In this document: positions 48,611 to 59,371 of the stretch, in pieces
Numbering within the stretch: position 1 is the stretch's first letter
Layout of the letters: every line of letters begins with the position of its first letter
Origin: Phormidium sp.
Lineage (GTDB): Bacteria > Cyanobacteriota > Cyanobacteriia > Cyanobacteriales > Aerosakkonemataceae
Assembly (NCBI GenBank): GCA_051013385.1
Contig: CP143273.1
Location: 192,001 to 256,000, forward strand
DNA length: 64,000 bases
Direction of reading: 5' to 3'
Made by a program: the position numbers and the translations under genes
The notes under the pieces: model-generated
Seen by the model: only the letters and a program-made list of their open reading frames with translations
Told to the model about the DNA's origin: nothing
The model's database searches: none

Positions 48611-49093
48611 ATGTCCGTACTTAAGAAACCGGATCTTAGCGATCCCGTATTACGCGCCAAATTAGCTAAAGGCATGGGTCACAACTATTACGGTGAACCA
48701 GCTTGGCCTAATGACTTGTTGTACACCTTCCCGATCGTAATTATGGGTACGATCGCATTGTGTATCGGTTTAGCTGTTCTCGACCCGGCAATGGTGGGCG
48801 AACCTGCCGATCCTTTTGCTACACCTTTGGAAATTCTGCCAGAGTGGTACTTGTGGCCTGTATTCCAAATTTTGCGTACAGTACCTAACAAACTACTGGG
48901 TGTGTTACTGATGAGTGCAGTACCCGCAGGTTTGATTTTGGTGCCTTTCATTGAAAACGTCAACAAATTCCAAAACCCCTTCCGTCGTCCAGTAGCAACC
49001 GCAGTATTTTTATTTGGTACTTTGGTAACTCTGTGGCTAGGTATTGGGGCGATTTTCCCGATCGACAAATCTTTGACTCTCGGTTTGTTCTAA
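48611..49093 (+). CDS. petD: Cytochrome b6f subunit IV
   Basis: [24 protein letters not shown]. Confidence 0.99.
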   Translation: MSVLKKPDLSDPVLRAKLAKGMGHNYYGEPAWPNDLLYTFPIVIMGTIALCIGLAVLDPAMVGEPADPFATPLEILPEWYLWPVFQILRTVPNKLLGVLLMSAVPAGLILVPFIENVNKFQNPFRRPVATAVFLFGTLVTLWLGIGAIFPIDKSLTLGLF

Positions 49094-49110
49094 ACTGAAG
49101 CAAGTTTTAA

Positions 49111-49160
49111 TTGATGCCTGTTGAATTTTTTTGTTGTCAGAAAAGTTCAGCAGGCATCAA
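49111..49160. terminator. Long hairpin after petD
   Basis: TTGATGCCTGTTGAATTTT / AAAAGTTCAGCAGGCATCAA. Confidence 0.65.
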
Positions 49161-49232
49161 GCTATTTGTACGTTGTTGCGCTTCAGCGCTACTAACTAAT
49201 AGCGCTGAAGCGCAACAACGTACCACAATTAA

Positions 49233-49442
49233 TTACTCATCTTCTCGCAAATCCGATCGCAAATTGTCGCCTTCATTAATCATTTGTGGGGCAAAACCGG
49301 GATTAGAAAGTAATTCTTTGGGATTGTCGGGAATGTTACCAGTGCTAACTAAGTCTCTGGGAGCTACCACTCTTTCATCGTCAGTTGGAGGAGGAGCATC
49401 AACATTATCTTTGTATCCCGGCTGTTTAGATGTTTCAGCCAT
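49233..49442 (-). CDS. Small acidic hypothetical protein
   Basis: ORF from MAETSK. Confidence 0.5.
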   Translation of the reverse strand: MAETSKQPGYKDNVDAPPPTDDERVVAPRDLVSTGNIPDNPKELLSNPGFAPQMINEGDNLRSDLREDE

Positions 49443-49527
49443 AATTATTTTACCCAAAAACATACGCTTTCAGCCTAAAATTAGGATTAGGAAATACACA
49501 CTATCTGAAGACAGATAAAGATGAAAA

Positions 49528-49806
49528 ATGACGAAGAAGCAGAAATTTCCTCATTTAGTTGGTTCCAAATGGACAGCTTTACAAAAAACTTGGGGTTGGC
49601 GGCATTTTCAAGTAGTAAATCGCAAAAATCAAGGTGAGTGGGTATTTGCTGAGATGGTAGCTTCTTGCGATCCAAACGTGCGGTTTTGGATTAATGCTAA
49701 AGCGTTGAAAGATCGGACAATGTGGCAAGCTGGTTGGCAAACTTTACAAGAAATACAGAATATTGAGTTAGACTCAGAAGAAGAGATGATGTCAGAAATA
49801 CTTTAA
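49528..49806 (+). CDS. Trp-rich conserved cyanobacterial protein
   Basis: GSKWTA...GWRHFQV...W..GW. Confidence 0.85.
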   Translation: MTKKQKFPHLVGSKWTALQKTWGWRHFQVVNRKNQGEWVFAEMVASCDPNVRFWINAKALKDRTMWQAGWQTLQEIQNIELDSEEEMMSEIL

Positions 49807-49859
49807 TAAAGCTGAGATTGGAGTAACCTATAATTTAAAGGTGCAGCCAAGGTCTAGTG

Positions 49860-50732
49860 ATGGAAACGAAACGCCTGGGAAAAGCTAATATTAGTGTAAG
49901 TGCGATCGGTCTAGGTGGAATGCCGATGTCGTTAAGCAGCAGACCGCCTGAATCGCAATCAATCCAAGTCATACATCGTGCCCTTGACTTAGGAATTACA
50001 TTCATTGATACAGCAGATTCTTATTGTAAAGACGAAACAGATAAACATCACAATGAGAAACTAATTGCCAAGGCATTAAGCGAGTATGCGGGTGATGTTA
50101 GTAATGTGATTGTTGCTACCAAAGGTGGATTGATGCGCCCGAATGGTGCATGGACAAGGAATGGTAATCCTGAGCATTTAAGGAAGACAATTAGGGAAAG
50201 TTTTGCGGCGTTGGGTGGGGGAAAAGCGATCGACTTATGGCAATATCATTCACCAGATCCAGAGTATAGTATTAAAGAATCGCTAACAGTAGCAAAAGAA
50301 GCAGTAGAGGAAGGATTAATTAAATTTGTTGGGGTTTCTAACTTTTCAGTTGAGCAAATTAAACGAGCGCGTGAGATAGTAGAAATTGTGTCTGTACAAA
50401 ATCAATTTAACCCTTGGTATCGCTTGCCAGAAATTGATGGAGTATTGAGATATTGTGAGAGAGAGAGTTTAACTTTTTTACCTTGGAGTCCGTTGGGTGG
50501 AAGTCGGAGAGTGGGGAGTTTAGAAGATGTAGAAACGATCGCCAAACTAGCAACAGAAAAACAAGTATCAGTATATTGTATTGTTTTAGCCTGGTTGCGG
50601 TCAAAATCGCCTAGTATTTTACCGATACCTGGGGCGAGTAAAGTTGCGAGTATTGAGGACTCAGTGCGAGCGTTGGAAGTGAGATTAACTGAGGCAGAAA
50701 TAGGTAGAATCGATCGAGCAACAGAAAGTTAA
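49860..50732 (+). CDS. Aldo/keto reductase
   Basis: IDTADSY, VATKGG, VGVSNF, PWSPLGG, PIPGAS. Confidence 0.93.
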   Translation: METKRLGKANISVSAIGLGGMPMSLSSRPPESQSIQVIHRALDLGITFIDTADSYCKDETDKHHNEKLIAKALSEYAGDVSNVIVATKGGLMRPNGAWTRNGNPEHLRKTIRESFAALGGGKAIDLWQYHSPDPEYSIKESLTVAKEAVEEGLIKFVGVSNFSVEQIKRAREIVEIVSVQNQFNPWYRLPEIDGVLRYCERESLTFLPWSPLGGSRRVGSLEDVETIAKLATEKQVSVYCIVLAWLRSKSPSILPIPGASKVASIEDSVRALEVRLTEAEIGRIDRATES

Positions 50733-50807
50733 AAGGTACGTTGTTGGGCTTTAGCCCTCTTTTTTAGAGTGCAATAAGAGCGCTAAAGCGCAACAACGTA
50801 CTAAATA

Positions 50808-51323
50808 TTAACCGAAATAGCGACCAGCCATTTGCATAGCATCAGCGATATCGACATCGCCATCGCCATCAGCATCGAGGAAATTATTAACTACAGGATT
50901 TCCACCTTGAGGATTTTGGGGATTGTTACCAGTTTGGAGGAAATTTAGTACTAGAGGAACTAACATGGGGAGAAGTTGGAGGATGGTATTGCGATCGATC
51001 CCAGTTCTTTGAGAAACTACATCTGCGACAGATTCCCAGTGAGAACCAAATAAAGCATTAACAGCAGAAGGATTGGGGGAAGTCCCAGCAAATTGATTTA
51101 TGATACTTTCAACTAATTGATTACCACCTTCGGCACGCTTTTCCTGTAAAGCAGAACGCACCAAACTACCAACACCCGACAAAGCAGTTTGCATTGTAGA
51201 ACTACCAACACCTTGGTTGTTTTGTACCTGCTGGACGCTATTAAAAATGTTAGCGAGTTGACCTGCATTAGCTTGCAAGTTGGGGTCATTAACTGCGTTG
51301 AGTATTTGGTCGAAAAGTCCCAT
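50808..51323 (-). CDS. DUF937-like protein
   Basis: Start placed at MGLFDQIL; C-terminal DADGDGDVD motif. Confidence 0.8.
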   Translation of the reverse strand: MGLFDQILNAVNDPNLQANAGQLANIFNSVQQVQNNQGVGSSTMQTALSGVGSLVRSALQEKRAEGGNQLVESIINQFAGTSPNPSAVNALFGSHWESVADVVSQRTGIDRNTILQLLPMLVPLVLNFLQTGNNPQNPQGGNPVVNNFLDADGDGDVDIADAMQMAGRYFG

Positions 51324-51426
51324 AGTTTTAGATTTTTGAGTTATATAGATAAAGTTCTCACATTTGCTTGATAATCGTAAACAGAGTTTACCCAGATAGA
51401 CAAAAGCCTTATGGCTGAATTTTTTT

Positions 51427-51966
51427 ATGGAATATAGTTGCGGTTGTTCGATGAGTCGTCGTTGGTTTGTGCGATCGATCTTACCAGGTGTGTTGTCGTT
51501 AGGTATTTTAGGTTTTACTCGACCAGCTTTAGCCCAAAAAACAGCAAAAGCTTTGGTGCTCAGTTGCATTGATTTTCGGATTTTGGAAGCAGAACGTTAT
51601 TTTTTATCTTTAAATAACTTGGGAAATCAATATGATTTAACTGCTTTGGCGGGGAGTTCTTTGGCGTTAAGTGGTCTGCCACATCCGGCAGATGCTCAAG
51701 CTTTTTGGGATCAGTTAGAGTTATCTTATCGGTTGCATCATATTCAAAAGGTGATTATTTTGGATCACCAAGATTGTGCGGCTTTTGCTGATAAAGTTAG
51801 TCCTGAGTTGAGTAAGGATGCAGAGTTAGAGTTGCAGGTGCATCGGGAGTATTTGAGTCGGGCTTATTGGGAGATTCGGGAGCGTTACCCGGATTTGAAT
51901 ATTGAGTTATACTTTGTAGGGTTGAATGCGGATGTTAAGCCGATTAGTCCTTTGGCGAAGGTTTAA
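51427..51966 (+). CDS. Beta-class carbonic anhydrase-like protein with Tat-like signal
   Basis: SCIDFR...DHQDC zinc ligands; SRRWF...ALA signal. Confidence 0.8.
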   Translation: MEYSCGCSMSRRWFVRSILPGVLSLGILGFTRPALAQKTAKALVLSCIDFRILEAERYFLSLNNLGNQYDLTALAGSSLALSGLPHPADAQAFWDQLELSYRLHHIQKVIILDHQDCAAFADKVSPELSKDAELELQVHREYLSRAYWEIRERYPDLNIELYFVGLNADVKPISPLAKV

Positions 51967-52106
51967 GAGTTTTTTTTAAACCGCAGAGACGCAGAGGACG
52001 CAGAGGGAGGATTAAGAGGAGAGAACTAGGCGTTTGATGCCGTCTTTGGGGGAAGGTTTAAGAGTTTTTTTTGAACCGCAGAGACGCAGAGGACGCAGAG
52101 AGAGGA

Positions 52107-52475
52107 TTAAGAGGAGAGGACTAGGCGTTTGATGCCCTCTCTGAGGACGGGAACGTTGAAGTTGATGAGAAGGGCAAGGGGACATTTGGTGATTTTTAGG
52201 TAGGAGATGACTTGGGCATCGTGGATGGGTGTAAGTTTTTCTACTGCTTTTAATTCCACTACTAAAAGATTAGCGACTAAGAAATCTAATTCATTCTCTC
52301 CAACTTGATGACCTTTGTAATTTATTGCTACTTTTTTCTTAGGTTCATGAGGTATGTTAAGTGCCTGAAATTCCCTAGCCAAAGCGTATTGATACACTGA
52401 CTCCAAAAATCCTGGCCCCAACACTCGATGCACCTCCATTGCTGCCCCAATCACAGCATAAGTCAACTCACTCAT
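52107..52475 (-). CDS. GxxExxY protein
   Basis: [28 protein letters not shown]; start placed at MSELT. Confidence 0.88.
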   Translation of the reverse strand: MSELTYAVIGAAMEVHRVLGPGFLESVYQYALAREFQALNIPHEPKKKVAINYKGHQVGENELDFLVANLLVVELKAVEKLTPIHDAQVISYLKITKCPLALLINFNVPVLREGIKRLVLSS

Positions 52476-52600
52476 CTCTCCCCCAAAACTACCTCTCTCT
52501 CCATTTCTTCTCTCTGCGTCCTCTGCGTCTCTGCGGTTCATTCCTCTTACCTCCCTCTCCTTATGGCAAAATTTTACCAGAACAGCGAATCCCTGAACAA

Positions 52601-55348
52601 ATGACACTAAACCTCCCCCCCCAATACGACCCCTTCTCCACCGAATCTAAGTGGCAAACATTCTGGTCAGAAAACCAAACCTTTAAAGCTGACCCCAAAA
52701 ACGACGGAAAATCCTACAGCATGGTCATTCCGCCACCCAACGTTACGGGTAGTCTCCACATGGGGCACGCTTTCGGACAAACTCTCATGGATATCCTCGT
52801 CCGTTACCATCGAATGCAAGGTTACAATACTCTTTGGGTTCCCGGAACTGACCACGCCAGCATCGCCGTTCATACCATGCTGGATAAGGAATTTAAAAAA
52901 GAGAAAAAAACCCGTTTTGATTTCGGTCGTCAAGCATTTCTCGAACGCGCTTGGGAATGGAAAAATAATTCCGGCGGTGCAATAGTTAACCAGATGCGCC
53001 GTTTGGGTATCTCGGTTGATTGGTCGCGGGAACGTTTCACAATGGATGAGGGTTTGACGAAGGCGGTTATTGAAGCTTTCGTTCGTCTTTATGATGATGG
53101 TTTGATTTATCGTGGCAATTATTTAGTTAACTGGTGTCCGGTTTCTCAGTCGGCGGTTTCAGATTTGGAAGTGGAAAATAAGGAAGTAAATGGTCATTTG
53201 TGGCATTTCCGTTATCCACTAACTGATAATTCGGGTTATTTGGAAGTCGCAACTACTCGACCAGAAACTATGTTGGGTGATACTGCTGTTGCGGTTAATC
53301 CGTCGGATGAACGCTATCAACATTTGATTGGCAAAACTGTTACTTTGCCAATTATGAATCGGGAAATTCCGATTATTTCTGATGAGTTGGTTGATGCTAC
53401 TTTTGGTACTGGTTGTGTTAAGGTGACTCCGGCACATGACCCGAATGATTTTGAAATGGGTCAGCGTCACAATCTGCCGTTTATTAATATTATGAATAAG
53501 GACGGTTCGCTTAATGAAAATGCGGGGCCGTTCCAAGGTCAAGACCGTTTTAAGGCAAGGGAAAATGTGATTAAACGGTTGGAGGAAGATGGGTTTTTGG
53601 TGAAGATTGAGGAGTATAAGCATAGTGTACCATTTAGCGATCGCGGAAAAGCCCCGATCGAACCTCTCCTCTCAACTCAATGGTTTGTCAAAATTCAATC
53701 TCTCGGAGAAACAACTTTAAAATTCTTAGATGAGCAAAATTCCCCCAATTTTGTTCCCCATCGTTGGACTAAAGTTTATCGTGATTGGTTGGTAAAATTA
53801 AAGGATTGGTGTATCTCTCGTCAATTATGGTGGGGACATCAAATTCCCGCTTGGTATGCTATCAGTGAAACGAATGGCGAAATCACAGATAATACGCCTT
53901 TTGTTGTTGCATATACGGAAGCAGAAGCTTGGGAAAAAGCTAAAGCTAAGTTTGGCGAAAATGTCAAACTAGAACAAGATCCAGATGTTTTAGATACTTG
54001 GTTTTCTTCCGGTTTATGGCCTTTCTCAACTTTAGGTTGGCCTGAAAAAACAGAGGATTTAGAATTTTATTATCCTACAAGTGTTCTAGTTACTGGTTTT
54101 GACATTATCTTTTTCTGGGTTGCCAGAATGACTTTGATGGCAGCTTATTTCACAGGGAAAATGCCTTTCCGTGATGTCTACATTCACGGTTTAGTCTTAG
54201 ACGAAAATGGCGAAAAAATGTCTAAGACTAAGGGAAATGGGATCGACCCTTTGGATTTGATTGATAAGTATGGAACCGATGCAGTACGCTATACTTTGGT
54301 GCGTCAAGTTGCTGGCGCAGGTCAAGATATTCGCTTAGATTACAATCGCAAAAAAGGCGAGTCTTCCGCAGTAGAAGCTTCCCGAAATTTCACCAACAAA
54401 TTGTGGAATGCCTCCCGCTTCGTAATGATGAATTTAGAGGGATTAGAACCCAGTCCCCAGTCCCGTAGGACAGGCATCTTGCCTGTCATCCCCAATCCCC
54501 AGTCCCTCGAATTAGCTGACAGTTGGATTCTCTCCCGATACAATCAAGTGGTGCAGCAAACTACTGAAAGTATCAACAATTACGGTTTAGGTGAAGCAGC
54601 AAAAACCCTTTACGATTTCTTCTGGGGTGAGTTCTGCGACTGGTATATTGAGTTAGTTAAGTCACGTCTGCAAAAAGATGCTGATGCGACTTCTAAAAAG
54701 GTTGCTCAACAAACTCTTGCGTTTGTTTTAGAAGGGACTTTAAAATTAATTCATCCCTTCATGCCTCACATTACTGAGGAAATTTGGCACACTCTCACTC
54801 AAGCTGATGATTCAGCATCTTTGGCGTTACAAGAATTTCCAAAAGCAGATGCAAATCTGATTAATTCTGAGTTGGAAGCAGATTTTGATTTGTTAATTAA
54901 CACGATTCGCACTATTCGCAATTTACGCGCTGATGCTGATATTAAACCATCAACTAAAGTAACAGCGATTTTGCAAAGTGAAAGTGAAAAGGAACGCCAA
55001 ATTCTGACATTAGGTGAGACTTACATTCAAGATTTGGCGAAGGTGGAAAATCTCTCTATTACTCCTAGTTTAAATGAGGAAATTGGACAATCAACTACTG
55101 GGGTTGTTGGTACTATCCAAGTAATTGTTCCTCTAACTGGTGTGGTAGATATTGCAGTTTTACGCAGTAAGTTAGACAAGAAGTTAAGCAAAATTGACAA
55201 GAATATTCAATCACTTTCAGCAAGGTTGAATAATCAAGCTTTTGTGGCAAATGCTTCTCCTGAAGTTGTCCAAGCTGATAAAGATGCTTTGGCGGAAGCG
55301 GAGAAACAAGCGGAAATTTTGCGCGAAAAAATGCAGCAACTTCAGTAA
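52601..55348 (+). CDS. valS: Valyl-tRNA synthetase
   Basis: [32 protein letters not shown]; start placed at ATG 52601. Confidence 0.98.
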   Translation: MTLNLPPQYDPFSTESKWQTFWSENQTFKADPKNDGKSYSMVIPPPNVTGSLHMGHAFGQTLMDILVRYHRMQGYNTLWVPGTDHASIAVHTMLDKEFKKEKKTRFDFGRQAFLERAWEWKNNSGGAIVNQMRRLGISVDWSRERFTMDEGLTKAVIEAFVRLYDDGLIYRGNYLVNWCPVSQSAVSDLEVENKEVNGHLWHFRYPLTDNSGYLEVATTRPETMLGDTAVAVNPSDERYQHLIGKTVTLPIMNREIPIISDELVDATFGTGCVKVTPAHDPNDFEMGQRHNLPFINIMNKDGSLNENAGPFQGQDRFKARENVIKRLEEDGFLVKIEEYKHSVPFSDRGKAPIEPLLSTQWFVKIQSLGETTLKFLDEQNSPNFVPHRWTKVYRDWLVKLKDWCISRQLWWGHQIPAWYAISETNGEITDNTPFVVAYTEAEAWEKAKAKFGENVKLEQDPDVLDTWFSSGLWPFSTLGWPEKTEDLEFYYPTSVLVTGFDIIFFWVARMTLMAAYFTGKMPFRDVYIHGLVLDENGEKMSKTKGNGIDPLDLIDKYGTDAVRYTLVRQVAGAGQDIRLDYNRKKGESSAVEASRNFTNKLWNASRFVMMNLEGLEPSPQSRRTGILPVIPNPQSLELADSWILSRYNQVVQQTTESINNYGLGEAAKTLYDFFWGEFCDWYIELVKSRLQKDADATSKKVAQQTLAFVLEGTLKLIHPFMPHITEEIWHTLTQADDSASLALQEFPKADANLINSELEADFDLLINTIRTIRNLRADADIKPSTKVTAILQSESEKERQILTLGETYIQDLAKVENLSITPSLNEEIGQSTTGVVGTIQVIVPLTGVVDIAVLRSKLDKKLSKIDKNIQSLSARLNNQAFVANASPEVVQADKDALAEAEKQAEILREKMQQLQ

Positions 55349-55396
55349 GTCCATCTGTGTTAATCTGTGGTAAAAAAAGGAGATTTAGTAATTTTA

Positions 55397-55528
55397 AACG
55401 CAGATGAATGCAGATGAACGCAGATGAACGCAGATGAACGCAGAATTCTTTGGTGGGGTGTATTAATCTTAGACCTCTCTTTAATTCTCAACTCCTCTTC
55501 TCTCTGTGTTCTCTGCGTCTCTGCGGTT
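55397..55528. repeat. (ACGCAGATGA)n and CTCTGCG(T/C)CTCTGCGGTT repeats
   Basis: Related tracts at 18620-18646, 51979-52008, 52074-52100, 52512-52538, 62844-62885. Confidence 0.8.
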
Positions 55529-55566
55529 TAAAAAATAATTAACAGCAAAGATTCCAAGGATTATTT

Positions 55567-55995
55567 ATGGAAGAATTGCTCACTCTCAAATCTTTACTAT
55601 TGCAAGGCGATATTTCGGGAGCTTTGGAAATAGTTCAAGATTTGGAAGAAATGGGTCGAAAAGGCATAATTAATAATATTCGCAGCTATGCTGTAATTTT
55701 GTTGTTGCATCTAATTAAACAGCAAGCTGAAAATCGCACTACTCGCTCTTGGGATGTGTCAATTCGCAATTCTGTGCGGGAAATTCAAGAACTGAATAAA
55801 CGACAAAAAGCAGGAGGTTACTATCTTTCGGAAGCAGAACTAAAGGAAGTTTTGGAAGTTGCTTATCCCATTGCTATTGACAGAGCTTCCTTAGAAGTAG
55901 CTGAGGGAATTTACGAAACAGCACAATTGGAAAATCTGGTGAATAAAGAAGAAATTTTGCTGCGTGCTTTAACTTCAATTTCACCAGTTTCCTGA
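55567..55995 (+). CDS. DUF29-family protein
   Basis: LEEMG, LLLHLIK, RSWDVSI. Confidence 0.85.
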   Translation: MEELLTLKSLLLQGDISGALEIVQDLEEMGRKGIINNIRSYAVILLLHLIKQQAENRTTRSWDVSIRNSVREIQELNKRQKAGGYYLSEAELKEVLEVAYPIAIDRASLEVAEGIYETAQLENLVNKEEILLRALTSISPVS

Positions 55996-55999
55996 AAGT

Positions 56000-57709
56000 T
56001 TATTTGCGTTTTGCTGCTGCTTTTTTGGCTGCTTCTTTAGCTGCTTTTTCCGCTTTTTTAGCCGTTTTTTCTGCTTCGATCGCTGCTAATTTCGATTGTT
56101 CTTTTTCTTCAGCAATTTTATCTAAGTAATAGTGATAATCTCCTAGATAAACGCGGAATTCTCCATCGCGAATTTCGACGATTTTGTTGGCGACTTGGGA
56201 GATGAAATAGCGATCGTGCGAAACTATAATAGCGGTTCCATCATAGTTTTGCAATGATTCTTCCAACATTTCTTTAGCTGGAATATCTAAATGGTTTGTC
56301 GGTTCATCTAATATTAGTAAGTTAGCTGGACGTAACAACATTTTTGCTAAAGCAAGTCGCGCTTTTTCGCCTCCACTTAATGCACCAACTTGTTTATATA
56401 CTGTGTCACCACTGAACAAGAAACGACCTAACAAAGTGCGAACTTCTTCATTTTTCCAGTCCGGTACTTCATCATGAATTGTATCCATGACGGTTTTTGT
56501 TAAGTCTAATGCTTCGGCTTGGTTTTGTTCAAAGTATCCGGGAATTACGTTGTGTGCGCCTAGTTTTACTGTTCCTTCGGTGGGTGTTTCTAAACCTGTA
56601 ATTAAACGCAATAGTGTAGATTTACCAGCACCATTTGGGCCTAAAAATGCTATGCGATCGCCTCTTTCAATTAACAATTCTGCTCCTAAAAACAGAATCT
56701 TCTCATCATAAGTATGCACCAAATCTTTAATGATTACTACTTCTCGACCGCTCCGAGGTGCAGGGGGAAAACGAAAATGCAATGTTCTCAAAGAACCTGT
56801 GGGTGCTTCGATTTTTTCAATTTTTTCTAATTGTTTTTCTCGGCTTTTTGCTTGGGTGCTGCGAGTTGCACTGGCGCGGAAGCGATCGACAAATGCTTGT
56901 TGTTTCTCTAATTCCTTTTGCTGACGTTCGTAAGCTGATAATTGCGCTTCTTGGTTTTCGGCTTTTTGCAGCAAGTAGTTGGAATAGTTCCCTAAATAAG
57001 TAGTAGAAACTCCCCGTTCAGTTTCCACAATTTGCGTACACAAACGGTCTAAAAACTCCCGGTCATGTGATACAATTACCATCGGAGTTGTTAAACTTTT
57101 GAGGTAATTTTCCAACCATTCGATTGTTTCTAAATCTAAGTGGTTTGTCGGTTCGTCTAACAGTAAAACATCGGGTTTTTGCAGGAGGATTTTTCCTAAA
57201 CTCATCCGCATTTGCCAACCGCCACTAAAAGCACTGACTAAGCGATCGCCATCCCCCTGTTCAAAACCTAATTCCGGCAAAATCTTATCAATTTGCGCGT
57301 CCAAAACATAACCATTTAAAGCTTCAAATTTTCTTTGAAACTTATCCATTTCGTGAATAAGTTTATCTAACTCTTCTGGGTTAGCTGTTTCCATTTGACG
57401 ATGCACTTCTGACAACGCTTCATGCACATCATTTGCTTCCCCAAAAGCACGCCAAAATTCTTCTTTAACTGTGCGGCTAGGGTCTACTTCAAATTCTTGG
57501 GTGAGATATCCTATATGTAAACTTGCAGGACGAATGATTTCGCCAGATGTCGGTTCAATTTCTCCAGTGATAATTTTGAGTTGGGTAGATTTACCCGCAC
57601 CATTGACACCAACTAAACCGATTCTATCCCCTGGTTTTACTTCCCAGTTGACATCTTTCAAAACTTCGCCTGTGGGGTAAATTTTACTAATATGTTCGAG
57701 TCGCAGCAT
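56000..57709 (-). CDS. ABC-F family ATPase
   Basis: Two NGAGKST Walker A motifs, SGG signatures, DEPTNHLD twice, no TM domains. Confidence 0.95.
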   Translation of the reverse strand: MLRLEHISKIYPTGEVLKDVNWEVKPGDRIGLVGVNGAGKSTQLKIITGEIEPTSGEIIRPASLHIGYLTQEFEVDPSRTVKEEFWRAFGEANDVHEALSEVHRQMETANPEELDKLIHEMDKFQRKFEALNGYVLDAQIDKILPELGFEQGDGDRLVSAFSGGWQMRMSLGKILLQKPDVLLLDEPTNHLDLETIEWLENYLKSLTTPMVIVSHDREFLDRLCTQIVETERGVSTTYLGNYSNYLLQKAENQEAQLSAYERQQKELEKQQAFVDRFRASATRSTQAKSREKQLEKIEKIEAPTGSLRTLHFRFPPAPRSGREVVIIKDLVHTYDEKILFLGAELLIERGDRIAFLGPNGAGKSTLLRLITGLETPTEGTVKLGAHNVIPGYFEQNQAEALDLTKTVMDTIHDEVPDWKNEEVRTLLGRFLFSGDTVYKQVGALSGGEKARLALAKMLLRPANLLILDEPTNHLDIPAKEMLEESLQNYDGTAIIVSHDRYFISQVANKIVEIRDGEFRVYLGDYHYYLDKIAEEKEQSKLAAIEAEKTAKKAEKAAKEAAKKAAAKRK

Positions 57710-57865
57710 TCAGAAGTCTCCAGGGAGTTAAAACAAGGGGTTTTTCGCCGCTCGATCGGTGAGGCGATAAAACAGACCGAAACAATCTTAACAAAATTTA
57801 ATGGCGATTGACGGGGAAAGTGCGTTGGCGTAGCCTGCCGTAGGCGTATCGCTTCCCCTTTAGTT

Positions 57866-58081
57866 TTAATCAGAACATTCGGGTTGCGCCGCCTTCCTGA
57901 CTTCTTCAATCTCCAACTCCAACGCCTGTGCTATTTGTTCCACAGTTAACCCCAATGCTAACAACCGGGGTACTGTTGCTATTTTGGTTGCTATTTCACC
58001 TTCTTGGCGGCCTTCTTGAAGACCTTCCCGAAAAGCATCTTGATAGACTCTAGTTTGCTTTAATTCACTTAAACTAAACAT
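57866..58081 (-). CDS. Free-standing Rpn C-terminal domain (RpnS-like)
   Basis: MFSLSELKQTRVYQDAF closely matches the tail of the upstream Rpn; GGAGG RBS. Confidence 0.75.
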   Translation of the reverse strand: MFSLSELKQTRVYQDAFREGLQEGRQEGEIATKIATVPRLLALGLTVEQIAQALELEIEEVRKAAQPECSD

Positions 58082-58108
58082 TGCTTTTATTTCCTCCCAG
58101 TTTTGGTA

Positions 58109-58945
58109 TTACTTAGAAGACTCTTGTTCTACCACCTTCCTGACTTCTTCAACATCTAAACTCAAGGCTTCTGCTATTTGCTCGACACTGGCTCCTAATG
58201 CTAACATTGGGCGAACTGCTGCTAATTTCCCTGCTATTTCACCCTCTTGGCGACCCTCTTGGCGACCCTCTTGGCGACCTTCTTGGCGACCTTCTTGAAA
58301 AGCGTCTTGATAGACTCTGGTTTGCTTTAATTCACTTAATCCAAACATTGCTTCTATCTCCTGTTGACTCTTGTTTGGTAACTTGTAGACTAAGATAGTC
58401 TCTATCAATTGTAATACTTGTGTCTGAGTTAGTTCATCAGCTATTTCTGACCTGACTTTATTTATCAGATTTCTTGCTTGTTCAACGGCGTTTTCTTCTG
58501 GGGAAATGACTAATTTGATAGTTCCTACACCAATAGATCGATCTGCAAGTTCTCCCAGTTGATTTAAATAGATACGTCTGACTCGTTGACTGGTGAAAAA
58601 CTCACGGTAATGTTTGATATCTCCAGTATCTAAACTTTGGTTAGGATATAAAACTACTGCAAACCAGTCATTTTGAGGTTTATTTTGACGCAAATATAAA
58701 CAGATTTCGGCAAACAAGCGTGAGTAAAATTCTGAATCGGGTTGAAACTGAACTTCGAGAAAGTAAATAGGGTTTTCTTCCCCTGATGCGGGGAGAAATA
58801 CGCCGTCAATGCGAAAGGCGGTTTGTTTAATTTCGACGGATGAGAATTGATAGTTGTTTGCTTCTTCTGGAGGACGGTTGATTAGTTCAAAGAAGATGCT
58901 GGGGAAGGTTTGAAATAGGCGGTAGAAGAGGGAGTCGGTTTTCAC
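58109..58945 (-). CDS. Rpn-family PD-(D/E)XK nuclease (DUF2887 type)
   Basis: KTDSLFYRLF, RIDGVF, FLEVQFQ, QEGR repeats. Confidence 0.9.
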   Translation of the reverse strand: MKTDSLFYRLFQTFPSIFFELINRPPEEANNYQFSSVEIKQTAFRIDGVFLPASGEENPIYFLEVQFQPDSEFYSRLFAEICLYLRQNKPQNDWFAVVLYPNQSLDTGDIKHYREFFTSQRVRRIYLNQLGELADRSIGVGTIKLVISPEENAVEQARNLINKVRSEIADELTQTQVLQLIETILVYKLPNKSQQEIEAMFGLSELKQTRVYQDAFQEGRQEGRQEGRQEGRQEGEIAGKLAAVRPMLALGASVEQIAEALSLDVEEVRKVVEQESSK

Positions 58946-59371
58946 TGATTGGGAGATTTGGGGGTTTGTTTAATTTTAGTGGATTATATCTTTTACGCAA
59001 ATGATTGATACAAATGGGTAGGGGCGGGTTTAGCTAAAAACCTGGAATACCCAGCCATAAAATTGCAATCAAAACCCGCCCATCCCAAGCATCTGTAGTA
59101 AACATTTAGGTAATTGATATTAGGTGTGGCTTACTTCTTTTGCTAGCCGGAAGTTAAGGACGTTATCCCGAAGTTAAGGAACTTAAGCTAAGAAGTTAAT
59201 TCTGCTATAATAGATTTGCTGGTGTCTGGAATGCTTGCTGGTGCTGAATTTGCCAAATTGACTTTACTACAGCTTATCTTCTTGCTTAACTTCGGAATCT
59301 CCTCTGGTTAAGGTTAGTTTGATGGTGCAAATTAGATTCTGTTACCCCAAAAGTTTGGAGGGAGGTAATCA

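Noticed and set aside
49111..49518. 135-aa plus-strand ORF after petD
   Set aside because: It spans a terminator hairpin and a REP, and is antisense to another ORF.
52439..52607. N-terminal extensions of valS and the GxxExxY gene in the ORF track
   Set aside because: They read through a CTCTGCG repeat and overlap each other; better starts are 52601 and 52475.
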